From an uncultured delta proteobacterium (GTDB lineage: Bacteria; Myxococcota; Myxococcia; Myxococcales; Myxococcaceae), in NCBI GenBank assembly GCA_963796055.1, contig CAWCKH010000004.1:3328001-3392000 (forward strand): 64,000 bases of DNA, read 5' to 3'. Each line of letters begins with the position of its first letter. Position 1 is the stretch's first letter. The position numbers were made by a program, and so were the translations under genes. The notes beneath the pieces are model-generated. The model ran no database searches and was not told where the DNA came from. It worked only from the letters and a program-made list of their open reading frames with translations. Shown piece after piece: positions 46,183 through 56,800 of the stretch.

Positions 46183-46512
46183 TCACGCCTCGACCGACTG
46201 CTCGAGCTCGTCGGTCCGGAGCCCGAAATACCGGAACATCCGTGCCTGGTGTCGCCCGAGCCCCGTGAGGGCGACGGGTCGGTCCCGGAGGGCCCGGGTG
46301 AGCGCATCGACCGAGAGGTCGACGAAGGTGCGCACCTGGGAGAAGTCCACTGTCAGCGGGACCGGGGGAAGGTTGCGGAGCGCCTGGGTCACGGCGTGCG
46401 CGGTGCTCCCGTCGAGCGTGCCGCGGAGGCGCAGCACCCATCGGTGCTCGTCAGCCTCCAGCCGGATGGGCGACAGATCCCGGAGGCAACGTCGCGTGGT
46501 GGATGGACTCAC
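46183..46512 (-). CDS. Small STAS-domain protein
   Basis: LRLRGTLDG, VDFSQVRTFVDLSV; GTG overlaps the SLT stop. Confidence 0.7.
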   Translation of the reverse strand: MSPSTTRRCLRDLSPIRLEADEHRWVLRLRGTLDGSTAHAVTQALRNLPPVPLTVDFSQVRTFVDLSVDALTRALRDRPVALTGLGRHQARMFRYFGLRTDELEQSVEA

Positions 46513-47252
46513 TGTGCCGCAGACGGCGTTCCCTCCGCCGCCAGGGTCCACCCGGCTGCGGGGAGCGCTCGCCGGGCCTCCATCTCCGCGTTGCGCACCC
46601 GGAGCCGCCGCCACTCCTCGGTCACGTCCCTCGGGTAGCCGGCGGCGAAGCGTTTCCGCACCGCCGGATTCCTCAGCAACCGCCGGGCGTAGGCCGGCCC
46701 ACCGTTGTACGCCAGCAGCGCCGCCTCGACCGTGCCGAACTCCCGGAGGAGCGAGGCCAGATAGGCGGTTCCCAGCTCGATGTTCAGCTCGACGTCGAAC
46801 AAGGTCTGCCGGTGCCGGAGCGTCGTGCCCCGCCGGGTGGCGAGGAAGCTGCCGGTGGTGGGCATCATCTGCATCAGGCCCATCGCTCCCACGCCCGAGA
46901 CCGCATAGGCGTTGAACGCGCTCTCGGTCCGGATGACCGCCACCACCAGCAACGGGTCGAGCCCGTTGGCCTCCGCCTCTCGCACGATGGCGATGGAGAC
47001 GCGCCGCTGCGCGCGCTCGGTGAGCACCGAGCGGCTGAGCAGCTCGGGGATGCCGAGCGCATCCGCCTCGCCGTACCAGCGCTCCTCGTCCTCGAGCACC
47101 CGGAGGCGGTCGCGCATCGTCGTCAGCTCCGCCTCGCGCTTGGCCAGGAGATGATCGCGATGCTCGATCGCCCGGGTAGGCGGCTCGCTGGCCCCCGCTC
47201 CGACATTGCTCACCAGACCCACGCTCAGTGCCATCACCCACAGTCGTCCCAT
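46509..47252 (-). CDS. Lytic transglycosylase (SLT domain), possibly LtgA-like
   Basis: AVIRTESAF, GAMGLMQ, ALLAYNGG; signal peptide and coiled coil. Confidence 0.88.
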   Translation of the reverse strand: MGRLWVMALSVGLVSNVGAGASEPPTRAIEHRDHLLAKREAELTTMRDRLRVLEDEERWYGEADALGIPELLSRSVLTERAQRRVSIAIVREAEANGLDPLLVVAVIRTESAFNAYAVSGVGAMGLMQMMPTTGSFLATRRGTTLRHRQTLFDVELNIELGTAYLASLLREFGTVEAALLAYNGGPAYARRLLRNPAVRKRFAAGYPRDVTEEWRRLRVRNAEMEARRALPAAGWTLAAEGTPSAAQ

Positions 47253-47314
47253 CCCTGTCCTCGCCGCCCCTGCCCCGAGCCTTGCCGGGGTGCCCCGCGC
47301 GCCGGAGCCCGCCC

Positions 47315-47330
47315 AGCACCTTCCGTGCCA
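47315..47330 (-). promoter_or_regulatory. Sigma54 promoter of the SLT-STAS unit
   Basis: Minus strand TGGCACGGAAGGTGCT (GG-N10-GC), about 60 nt upstream of the ATG. Confidence 0.72.
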
Positions 47331-47355
47331 TCTCCCCCTCGTAGGATTCGCAGGC

Positions 47356-48795
47356 TCACATCGTCTGCGCGACGACGTCCGTCCCCGCGGCCGTCGAAAT
47401 TTCCGGGATGGCCCCCACCGCCGCGGTCCGGACCTTCCGGGCCCGGGGGGCCGGCACCCCGAGGATGGCCAGGAGCATCGGGAAGACCGCGGTGAGCGAA
47501 AGCGTCTCGCCGTGGACGACGTGTGCCCGCTCCGGGGTGCGGATCCACAGCATGCCCTCGGGGTGGTGCATCCCGCTCTTCACCCCCTCCACTTGGTAGA
47601 AGAGCCCGAAGAAGGGCGCGACGCCCGCTGGACCGGACACGGCGGTGTCCCTGCCGAGCGCGCCGTGGATCTTGCATCCGCAGAACAGGCCGGCACCGTC
47701 GCGCCGGACGGCGAGGGCGGGCCGCTCCCCGACCCGGAGCGCGCCCAGGCGTCGCTCCGCCTCCGCTGCGGCCGCCTCGCTCTCGAGGTAGACGTGGAAC
47801 TCCTCGGCCATCACCGGCGCCACCTGGCGCGGCGGCGAGACCCCGGCGAAGGAGAGCAGCCGGTCGAAGTCACGCGGCCGGTAGATGACCTTGCCTCCGT
47901 GCTCCTCGTAGGTGAGACACGGCTGCTGGGAGAGCGCGGTGCACAGCACCACCGTCGTGTCCCCTCCGGCCATCGCCAGGCACTCGCCCACCAGTCGGTC
48001 CATCTGGCGATAGCCGAAGAGGACCGCGTCCGAGAGCGCACGCTGCTCGTCCGCACCGGGCTTCACCCGGAAGAGCTCCGGCGCGAGGTTGCGCCAGTAG
48101 AAGTGCTGGAAGTGGGCGGTGCTGTTGAGGAAGAAGGTGGAGAACGCCGGTCGCGCCCGCTGCCAGTGCCATCGGAAGAGGTCGAACTGCAGCCGGTCGA
48201 GGAGCACCGCCCGGCGCCAGCGCGAGCGGGGGTCGAGCCACTCGCCCGCGAGCTGCCGAGCGATGGCCTGGACCGTCGCCACCGACAGCCCGTGGCGCGC
48301 CATGAAGCCCAAGAAGCGCAGGCGGTCGGCGCCGGTCACCGGGACCTGGTCGCTGGTGTGCTCGAGCACGTGCCGGCGGACGAAATCGAAGTACCCCCGG
48401 AGCGCCTCGGGCCGGGGCGGGACGTGCGTCGTCCACGGGTCGGGGAGCATCCACCCCCGGAATCCTGGCCCGGCCGCCACGTTCATGCTGCCGCAGATCC
48501 ACGACTCGAGTCCGGCGGCGGAGAGCACGTCCCACAGGCGCGGGGCGGTCGTCCGGTGGCCCTCGTCCAGGTTGAACACCCCGTGCTCGCGGTAGCTCTC
48601 TCCCGAGTGCACGGTGATCCACTGGATCCACGGCTCGAGGAGCGGCGGACGCTCCCCCGCGTCGGTGATCCACACCCCTGCCTCGTCGTGTAGCCGCCGG
48701 AAGTTCGGCAGCTGCCCGGCGTCGATGAAGCGCCGCATGAGGACCGGACTCAGCTCGTTGAGCTCCAGGACGATGACTGCGCGCTGCGTCGGCAT
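47356..48795 (-). CDS. Alkaline phosphatase/phosphodiesterase-superfamily-like protein
   Basis: VIVLELNE, GQLPNF, WITVHSG, AHFQH, YRQMDRLVG, SGMHHPEG. Confidence 0.62.
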   Translation of the reverse strand: MPTQRAVIVLELNELSPVLMRRFIDAGQLPNFRRLHDEAGVWITDAGERPPLLEPWIQWITVHSGESYREHGVFNLDEGHRTTAPRLWDVLSAAGLESWICGSMNVAAGPGFRGWMLPDPWTTHVPPRPEALRGYFDFVRRHVLEHTSDQVPVTGADRLRFLGFMARHGLSVATVQAIARQLAGEWLDPRSRWRRAVLLDRLQFDLFRWHWQRARPAFSTFFLNSTAHFQHFYWRNLAPELFRVKPGADEQRALSDAVLFGYRQMDRLVGECLAMAGGDTTVVLCTALSQQPCLTYEEHGGKVIYRPRDFDRLLSFAGVSPPRQVAPVMAEEFHVYLESEAAAAEAERRLGALRVGERPALAVRRDGAGLFCGCKIHGALGRDTAVSGPAGVAPFFGLFYQVEGVKSGMHHPEGMLWIRTPERAHVVHGETLSLTAVFPMLLAILGVPAPRARKVRTAAVGAIPEISTAAGTDVVAQTM

Positions 48796-48939
48796 GGGCC
48801 CAACGTGGTGACGGCCGGTGCGTGCCTCCACTCGACCCCCGCGACGACCCATCGACTGACGAACACTTCGGCGTCCGGAGGCACGGGGTCGGGACGTCCA
48901 GGACTGGCTCAATGGCCCCTTGCGACCCACCATGCCGCG

Positions 48940-49149
48940 GTGCTCTGGACCAACGGCTGCATCCTCCTGATGCTCTGGGCGCTGGGTTACGTGGCGGGAG
49001 GCGCGGTCGGCCAGTGGGTACATCTCTTGTTGGGGCTTGCCCTCCTGCACTTCGTGCTCGGGCTCCTCAAGGCGGGTCGGCACCTGCCCCGCACCCGTGG
49101 AAGCTGGGCCACGACGCCTCCGGCCCCCGTGGAGACGCCCCGCCGCTGA
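48940..49149 (+). CDS. Small membrane protein, lmo0937/DUF5670-like
   Basis: LWT..ILLMLWALG....G..VHLLL pattern. Confidence 0.6.
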   Translation: MLWTNGCILLMLWALGYVAGGAVGQWVHLLLGLALLHFVLGLLKAGRHLPRTRGSWATTPPAPVETPRR

Positions 49150-49214
49150 ACCCCGCGAGGCGCCCTCGACGCAGCAGGATGCACTGACTCTGCTGCCGTG
49201 TTCTCCTCGAGCCA

Positions 49215-49707
49215 ATGCTTCGCCTGCTCGCGATTCTCCTGGCCGCCGCCGCGGACGCCGGCCCGCCTCCGCTGACCGAGGAGCTGCCACCGGGAGCGCC
49301 GGGGGCTCCGGAGGCCGCGGCGCCGCGCGCACCGCTGATTCGCCGGGTCAAGGTCGAATCCGCGCCGGCTCGGGGCCGAGCTCCGCACCGTCGCCCAGGA
49401 GGCGGCGCGGTCTGGCGCACGGGTGGTGGTGGAGCTGGGCGCGCCGTGGTGCGAGCCGTGCCGCGCGCTCGACGCCGCCTTCGCCCGCGAGAGCAATCGC
49501 GCCGTCCTCGCTGGCTGGTGGCTGGTGGAGGTGGACGTGGATGCGCTGCCGCCCGGGCCGGTCCTCGGGCGGTCGGTACACACCGTCCCTGCACTCGTCC
49601 GCCTCGACCGTTCCGGGCGGCCCGAGGCCTGGCTCCAGGGAGCTGCTCTCCCCACCGACAGTGCCTCGGGCCTGGACACGGCGCTCCGGCGGTTCCTCCC
49701 GTCTTGA
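49215..49707 (+). pseudogene. Exported thioredoxin-like protein with a 1-bp frameshift near 49360-49376
   Basis: Signal peptide in one frame; VVVELGAPWCEPC..VDVD..VPALV in the next frame. Confidence 0.68.
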
Positions 49708-49731
49708 CGCCCCCCGGCAAGCTGTTATGTA
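49704..49731 (+). promoter_or_regulatory. Candidate sigma70 promoter of rplC
   Basis: TTGACG-N16-TATGTA with a TG extension. Confidence 0.45.
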
Positions 49732-49813
49732 GCCCCGCTTTCCGGCCACCCCCCCGCCCGGAGAGGAGGGCGGCACCTGGCCCGGGCAGGCGTACCAGCG
49801 AGGAGCAGCGACC

Positions 49814-50476
49814 GTGAAGGGCTTGATCGGCAAGAAAATCGGCATGACCCAGGTGTTCGACGCGGACGGCAACCTCGTCCCGGTCACGGTCATCGACGCC
49901 TCCAGCTGCACGGTCGTGGGCAAGCGCACCCCGGAGCGTGACCAGTACTCGGCGGTGACGCTCGGCTTCGGCAAGGCCAAGGAGAAGCGCCTCACCGCCG
50001 CGCAGAAGGGCTCCTTCAAGAAGGCCGGAGTCGAGCCCCGCCGCGTGCTCAAGGAGTTCCGCATCAGCCCCGACGAGGCCGCGGGCTTCAACGTCGGCGA
50101 GGCGGTGACCGTGGGCCTCTTCGAGAAGGGCCAGCTGGTCGACGTCACCGGCATCACCAAGGGCCGGGGCTTCCAGGGCGTCATGAAGCGCTGGAACTTC
50201 CGGGGGTTCGGCCAGACGCACGGGACCCACGAGTACCGCCGCCACCCCGGCGCCATCGGCCAGCGGAAGACGCCGGGCCGCGTGTACCCGAACAAGAAGA
50301 TGCCGGGGCACTACGGCGTGGAGCAGGTCACCACCCAGAACCTCACCGTGGTGGACGTGGACGCCGAGAAGAACCTCCTGCTGGTCAAGGGCGCCGTCCC
50401 GGGCCACAGCGACGGCATCGTCTTCGTGCGTCCCTCGGTGAAGGTCTCGCTCCGCGCGCAGCAGGCGAAGAAGTAG
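49814..50476 (+). CDS. rplC: 50S ribosomal protein L3
   Basis: GKKIGMTQVF, VDVTGITKGRGFQG, KKMPGHYG, VKGAVPG; AGGAG RBS. Confidence 0.97.
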   Translation: MKGLIGKKIGMTQVFDADGNLVPVTVIDASSCTVVGKRTPERDQYSAVTLGFGKAKEKRLTAAQKGSFKKAGVEPRRVLKEFRISPDEAAGFNVGEAVTVGLFEKGQLVDVTGITKGRGFQGVMKRWNFRGFGQTHGTHEYRRHPGAIGQRKTPGRVYPNKKMPGHYGVEQVTTQNLTVVDVDAEKNLLLVKGAVPGHSDGIVFVRPSVKVSLRAQQAKK

Positions 50477-50719
50477 ACCGTCCGGAGCACCAGGCGGTCG
50501 TGAACGTCTGGACTCGGGCATTGCCCGTCCGTCCAATGACGACCATCGGGCGTTCGGGGCTGAACTTCGACTGACGGGGCGTTGGCAGCGGCCGGGGCAC
50601 GGGCCAGCTTGCCGGGCCACGTGTCCTCCATTCGGTCAGGGCAGCCGCCGTCGTTGTCGACGGTCAGCGGATGCTCGAGTAAGCGACATCCAGGACGTCC
50701 GGGCGGCTGCGTCAGCGTC

Positions 50720-51466
50720 GTGCTTGCCCTCGCCGGGCTGGCGGCTGTCCTGGCCCCCGCCCGCACTCACGCCAGCCCCGAGCCTCCGGTCCAGCCCAGG
50801 CTGTACCCGGTCGCCGGCCGGTTCTCGCTCGCCGCGACGGCGGGCATCAGCGTCTTCGACACCCTGACCCGGACCGGCACGCTCGACGTCCGCGCGGGCT
50901 GGGACTTCAACGAGTGGCTGGGGCTCGACGCCTCGGTCACCGGCGCGCTCTCGGGCCACACCGGGCTCGCCGACCGCATCGGGCAGCATCTGCTGCAGAC
51001 GCCGCCGGTGGGGACGGTCGACGACCTCTCGGACCTCTGGCAGCTCAAGGCGATGGTCCTGGGCGGCGTGCGGCTCGCGCCGGTCTACGGGAAGTTCAAC
51101 CTGGGCCCGGAGCTGCCCATCCGGTTCCAGGCGTACCTCTGGCTTGGGGGCGGGGCGGCATGGCTGGACCGCACCTCGGTGGTCATCTGCCGCAACGTGA
51201 CCTCGCGCGAGCAGGGCACGTGCGGCGACTGGTTCATCGAGAACCGTGTCGCCCCGGTGGTCTCGGCGGCGCTCGGATTCCGGCTCTTCACCGGGGCGCA
51301 CGGGGCGGTGGTCCTCGAGCTCCGGAACGTCGTCTGGAAGGACGACTACCTGCTCGGCGTGGACCGCGCCGCGGCCGAGGCGGGCAACGTCACCGGCCAG
51401 CGCGCGTCCAGCCCGGGCTTCACCAACACCGTGCTCGTCGACCTCGGGTACGCCTTCTTCTTCTGA
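50720..51466 (+). CDS. nfsA: Outer-membrane beta-barrel, NfsA/GltA-like
   Basis: VQPRLYP, FNEWLG, APVYGKFN, C-terminal FFF; start uncertain (ORF open from 50582). Confidence 0.65.
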   Translation: MLALAGLAAVLAPARTHASPEPPVQPRLYPVAGRFSLAATAGISVFDTLTRTGTLDVRAGWDFNEWLGLDASVTGALSGHTGLADRIGQHLLQTPPVGTVDDLSDLWQLKAMVLGGVRLAPVYGKFNLGPELPIRFQAYLWLGGGAAWLDRTSVVICRNVTSREQGTCGDWFIENRVAPVVSAALGFRLFTGAHGAVVLELRNVVWKDDYLLGVDRAAAEAGNVTGQRASSPGFTNTVLVDLGYAFFF

Positions 51467-51477
51467 GGCCCACGCCA

Positions 51478-52338
51478 ATGTCCGTCCTCGGAGCCCTGGT
51501 CCTCCTCACCGCGCTCGGCGCCCCGCCCGAGCCGGCGGCAAATCCGCTCGCCGGCAGCCCCAACGTGCAGTACCGGGTGCTCGAGCCCAAGCCGTTCCCG
51601 GATGCGCTCCGGCACGAGCTGGTGCTCTCGCCGTTCGTGCCTCAGGTGGGCTCGACCTTCACCACCCACTGGCTCACCAGCCTCACCTACACCTTCCACG
51701 CCACCGAATGGCTGGGCCTGCGGATCCAGCCGTTCTGGGTGTGGCACGCGCAGCGTTCGCGCTTCTCCAGCGAGCTGCTCAGCCGGGTGCGCCAGGACGC
51801 TGCCGCCGCGAGCTCGGTGATGCTCCACTGGGGGGCGGTCGCCGCGCCGGAGTGGGCACCCGTCCGGGGGAAGTTCACCGCCTTCGGAGGGACGGTGCGC
51901 TACGGCCTGGTGCTGTTCGCCGGCGCCGGCGTGGGTCAGACCGAGATCGAGCTCAAGATCGCCGACGCGCTCGGTCCCGCCACCTATGGCAGCACCGGGC
52001 TGCGGATGGTCGCCACCGGGGGCGCCGGGTTCCGGATGCAGTTCGGCGACCGGTGGACCGTGCGCCTCGAGGTTCAGGACCTCATCCACTGGGGCAGCGT
52101 CAGCCACATCAACGGGTGCGACGCGGCGGACCTCCAGGCGCTCAACGACCAGCACACCGCGGGGGCGATCACCGGCGCCGGCGTCAGCGGGCAGTGCAAC
52201 GTGGGCGCCTTCCAGGGAACGACCGGCGGCTACGACCGGAGCAACGACGTAGGCATCGCGCAGGCGAAGGTGAACGAGGGCGGCACGGACACGCTGCACG
52301 TGGTGGGCGTCTACCTGGGCTTCGGGGTGGAGCTGTGA
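51478..52338 (+). CDS. nfsB: Outer-membrane beta-barrel, NfsB/GltB-like
   Basis: RHEL, EWAPVRGKF, INGC...C loop. Confidence 0.65.
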   Translation: MSVLGALVLLTALGAPPEPAANPLAGSPNVQYRVLEPKPFPDALRHELVLSPFVPQVGSTFTTHWLTSLTYTFHATEWLGLRIQPFWVWHAQRSRFSSELLSRVRQDAAAASSVMLHWGAVAAPEWAPVRGKFTAFGGTVRYGLVLFAGAGVGQTEIELKIADALGPATYGSTGLRMVATGGAGFRMQFGDRWTVRLEVQDLIHWGSVSHINGCDAADLQALNDQHTAGAITGAGVSGQCNVGAFQGTTGGYDRSNDVGIAQAKVNEGGTDTLHVVGVYLGFGVEL

Positions 52339-53762
52339 GACTGCTGCTCCCGGTTCTGCCCGTGCTCTGGGCCCTGGGCTGCGCGAGGGGAGGGCCGTCG
52401 CCCGAGCTGCTCGCCGCGGCCCGGGCCACTGACGCGACACCCGCCGATGCGCTCGCGCTCGGCCAGGCGCTGCAGGCCGCGCACCTGGACGCCGCCTCGC
52501 TGGGGCCGCTGCGCACCGCGGCTGCCGTCCCCGGCCCCGGCCAGGCACCGGCGGTCGAGGCGCTCCTGGCCGCGCAGGAACGCCTCGACGAGCAGCTCCT
52601 CCTCCCCGCCTTCCTCCTCGCCCATCCCGACGCCCGGCCCATTGCCCCCGAACGCCAGGAAAGGGCGCTGCTCCTCCAGGGGCTCGAGGCGCAGCGGACC
52701 GGAGCGCTGGAGCAGGCCGAGTCCCTCCTCCGGCACATCCCCTCGACGTCCCCGCTCGCCCCGCGTTCCCGTTACGCGCTGGGCATCGTCCTCTCCGACC
52801 CGCGCCGGCCCGGCGGGCCCCGCACGCAGGCTGCGCTCGACGAGCTGCAGGCGGTGCTGGGCTACGGCGGCGGTGGGGAGGAAGGCGCACAGACGCGCGC
52901 CCTGGCGCAGCTGGCCATCGCCCGGCTCCTCTACGGGCTGCGGCAGGACGCGGCCTCGGCGGCGGCCTACGACCGCGTGCCGCGCGAGGCGCGGGTGTGG
53001 CCCGAGTCGCTGTTCGAGCGCGGATACCCCCGGTTCCGCGCCGGCGACGACGGCGGCGCGCTCGGGACCTTGCACGCCACCCGGGCCCCGCAGCTCCGCG
53101 ATGCCTTCCTCCCGGAGGCCCGCATCCTCGAGGCGACGGTGCTGTTCCACGCCTGCCTCTACCCGGAGACCCGCGGCGTGCTCGACAGCTTCAGCGCCAC
53201 CTACCGCCCGCTCGCCGAGCGGCTGCGGGCGCTCGTCGAGCGACGCCCTTCCGCAGCGGAGGAGGTGGCGCTCCTGGTCGATCCCGCGCAGCGGGCATCG
53301 CTGGGCGAGGGCCTCGGAGCGTCGCTGGTCCGGGAGCCGCGCATCGATTCAGGCCTCCGCCTGCTCCGGACCCTGGACGCGGAGCGGTCCCGGCTCGCCG
53401 CGGTGGACGACAGGGGTCCGGCGCTCGAGCGGCTGGATCAGGTCCGCGTGGAGGCCGCTCAGGCGACGGCGCAGGCCATCCACGCACGGCTCTCGGACGT
53501 CTCGGCCTCGCTCCGGGACCTCCTGGAGCAGGCGGACGTGCTCCGCTTCGAGATGACCAAGGGCGAGAAGGAGCTGCTCGACGCTGACGTCGACCAGCGG
53601 AAGCTGCTCGCCAGCCGCCCGTTGCCACCGCTGCCCACCGGGGGTCCGGCGGACGAGCGCTGGCGCGTGGACGGAGAATGGTGGGCAGACGAGATCGGCC
53701 ACGAGCGGGCGACGCTGAAGAACGGTTGCCCCACCCAGAAGTCCACACCCAGCGTCCGCTGA
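52335..53762 (+). CDS. nfsC: TPR (lipo)protein, NfsC/GltC-like
   Basis: ALGC lipobox-like; WPESLFE, ALGTLH, FLPEA; C-terminal W.VDGEWWADEIG...LKNGC. Confidence 0.7.
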   Translation: MRLLLPVLPVLWALGCARGGPSPELLAAARATDATPADALALGQALQAAHLDAASLGPLRTAAAVPGPGQAPAVEALLAAQERLDEQLLLPAFLLAHPDARPIAPERQERALLLQGLEAQRTGALEQAESLLRHIPSTSPLAPRSRYALGIVLSDPRRPGGPRTQAALDELQAVLGYGGGGEEGAQTRALAQLAIARLLYGLRQDAASAAAYDRVPREARVWPESLFERGYPRFRAGDDGGALGTLHATRAPQLRDAFLPEARILEATVLFHACLYPETRGVLDSFSATYRPLAERLRALVERRPSAAEEVALLVDPAQRASLGEGLGASLVREPRIDSGLRLLRTLDAERSRLAAVDDRGPALERLDQVRVEAAQATAQAIHARLSDVSASLRDLLEQADVLRFEMTKGEKELLDADVDQRKLLASRPLPPLPTGGPADERWRVDGEWWADEIGHERATLKNGCPTQKSTPSVR

Positions 53763-53876
53763 CGCACGTTCCGGACCGCCGAGCGGCCTTCTCGGGTCGG
53801 AGCCGCGGTCCTAGCTTGTTCGCTCGTGGGTCCGTGAGACCCGGCGTGCAGGCGAGCGGGTGGGACGGAGGAGAGG

Positions 53877-56800
53877 GTGACGGCGGTGGCGTGGCGCGGG
53901 GCGTGGATGGGGCTGGCGGTGTGGGCGGCGGCGTGGAGCCTCGCCGCGCGCGCCGCCACGGAGCATCCCGGACCGGGTGAGCGCAGCGGGCCGGCGGTCT
54001 TCCGGCTCGAGCTGTCGGACAGCCAGCGCGAGCAGCTCACCGAGGCCAAGCGGGAAGAGCTCATCGTCCAGCTGGAGACCTTGGTGCGGCGCTTCCCCGA
54101 CGACTCACCCCGGAAGCCGGATCTCCTGTTCCAGCTCGGCGAGGCCTACTGGGAGAAGAGCAAGGCGCTGCGGCGCACCGAGACCGAGGCCGCCGGCGGC
54201 GCGACGAAGGCCGACCACCGGCCCAGCGAGGCGGTCCGTACCCGGGCGATGGAGGCCTACGCCAGGCTGCTCACGACGTTCCCGAAGTACCAGCGGCGCG
54301 ACGAGGTGCTGTTCTCGCTCGCCTATGATCTCGAGGACGTGGGCCGCGGCGACGAGGCGGTCGACCGGTACCGTGCGCTCATCCGCGACTTCCCCCGGTC
54401 CAGGTACGCCCCGGATGCCTGGCTCGAGCTGGGCAACCACGCCTTCGACAAGGGCAACCTCGCCGCGGCGCAGGACGCGTACCAGCACGCCGCCCGGATC
54501 GGCTCGGCCCGGGTGCGCAACTACGCGACCTACAAGCTCGCCTGGTGCGACTTCAATCTCGGGGAGTTCGAGGGTGCCCGGGAGAAGCTGGCCGGGGTGG
54601 TGGACGGGAGCGCCGGCGGCACGAAGACCATGCTCGACCTCCGCACCGAAGCGCTGGTCGATCTGACGCGGGTCTACGTCCGGCTGGACCGGCCCCAGGA
54701 CGCTCTCGCCTACTTCCAGCGGAACACGCAGGGCGCCGAGCGGCGCAAGCTCGTCACCCGGCTGGCCAACACGCTGGCGGAGGCCGGTGCGCTCCAGGGT
54801 GCCCTGCGGGTCTACAAGGCCGCCCTGGAGGCCGAGCCGCTGGCGCCCGAGGCGGCGAGCTGGCAGCAGGCGGTGGTGCGGGTCCACGACGGGCTCCACG
54901 ATCGCGAGCAGGTCCGGGTGGAGGCCCAGCGGCTGGCGGAGATGTGTCACCCCGGGACGCGGTGGTGGATGGCCAACGCCGGAGCGCCGCAGTCGCTCCG
55001 GGCGGGGTTCGAGGCTGCCGAGGAGGGGCTCCGGACGCTGGCGACCTCCTACCACCAGGAAGCGCAGCGCACCGGCTCTCCCCGGACCTACCGGCTCGCG
55101 GCGGACGTGTACCGGGCGTACCTCTCGGCCTTCGCCCGCGACGCGGACCCCGAGTGGACGTCCGACCACGCCTTCAACATGAGCTTCTACGCCGCGGAGA
55201 TCGCCTGGGCCTTGGGGGACTGGCGCGCGGCGGCCGAGCAATACGAGCGGGTGGTGGGGTTCCGGATCCCCGACCGGCCGACGGCGCGCGAGGTGAGCGA
55301 CCAGCGGTACCGCGCCACGGCCGCTTACGACGCGGTGCTCGCCTGGGACCGGCTGGTGGACGCCGAGCACGGCCACGCCGACGCCGCGCCCACCCGGGTG
55401 AACGACCGGGAGGGGAAGGGCGGGCTCCGCACCCGCACCGCCACCGCTGCCACCACTGCCGTGCCCCTCACCGAGGCCGAGCGTGGGCTGGTCGCCGCCT
55501 GCGACCGGTACGCCGACCGGTTCCCGGACGGCAAGGACGCCCTCGACATCCGCTACCAGGCGGCGGTGGTCTTCTTCGAGCGGGGCCAGACGCCCGCGGC
55601 ACTGGACCGGTTCGCCAGGCTCATCGCCCTCGCCCCGGACTCGGACCGGGCGCGCCAGGCCGCGGACCTCACCCTGCACGTGCTCGAGGCGAAGGGCGAC
55701 TGGCTGGCGCTCAACGCCAAGGCGCAGGAGTACGCGAGGAACGGCGCGCTGGCCCGTCCCGGGACCGACTTCGCCCGGCGGGTGACCAAGGTCGCCGAGG
55801 CGAGCCGCTATGCCTGGGTGAGCGAGGTGGTGCACAAGCAGCAGCACCAGGACGCCCGCGCCGCCGAGGAGTTCCTGCGGTTCGCGGACGACTACCCGCG
55901 CTCGGACCACGCGGCCCAGGCGCTGACCTACGCCATGGCGCTCTTGGAGGAGCAGGGGCAGCTGCAGCGCGCGGTGGAAGTGGGCCACCGTGCTCTGACC
56001 CAGTACCCCGGCACACCGCTCCGGCTGAAGCTGGCGCACGGGCTGGCGGACCTGTCGGCCCAGCTCGGCGACTTCCGGCAGGCGGCCGAGGCGAGCGAGG
56101 CGTTCGTCGCCGCCTACGAGCGGGCCCGGGCAGGCAGGGACGGCCCGCGGATCGACCCCGCGCTCCTCGACGAGGCGCAGGGCTGGGTGGCGCCGGCCCA
56201 GGGCGAGGCCGGGACGTACTGGGCGGCGGTGGGCAAGACCGAGCGCGCGATCGCCGCCTACCAGGCGTACCTCCATCGATTCCCGGCCCGGAGGGACGCC
56301 TCGGACGTGGCACTGGCCATGGGACGGCTCCAGGAATCGCTTGGGCGGCTGTCGACGGCGGCGGAGGCCTACGAGAAGGCGGGAACCCTCGCGGCGGCGA
56401 ACGCGACCGCCCGCCGGTTCGAGGCGATGGGGCTGCAGCTCCAGGTGCTGCGGAAGGCGAGGCAGCAAGGACGGGCCAGGGCGGTGCAGCAGCGGGTCCG
56501 ACAGCTCTGGGCAGGGCTCGGACCCGAGGCGCGCAAGGACCCCGCGGTGGTCTCGACCTACGCGCAGCTGGTCTTCGACGATGCCGAGCCGCTGTTCGAG
56601 CAGTACCGGCGCATCGATTTCGCCCGGACCCGCACCGTGCAGGCCGACCTCGCGCGGAAGCGCGCCTCGCTCAGGTCGCTGGAGCAGGCGTATGTGGCGG
56701 TGGTGTCCACCGGCGACGCCAAGGCTGGCATCGCCGCCCTCACCCGTATCGGCGAGGCGTACGCGGACTTCGCCTCGAAGATCCGCCAGGCCCCCACCCC

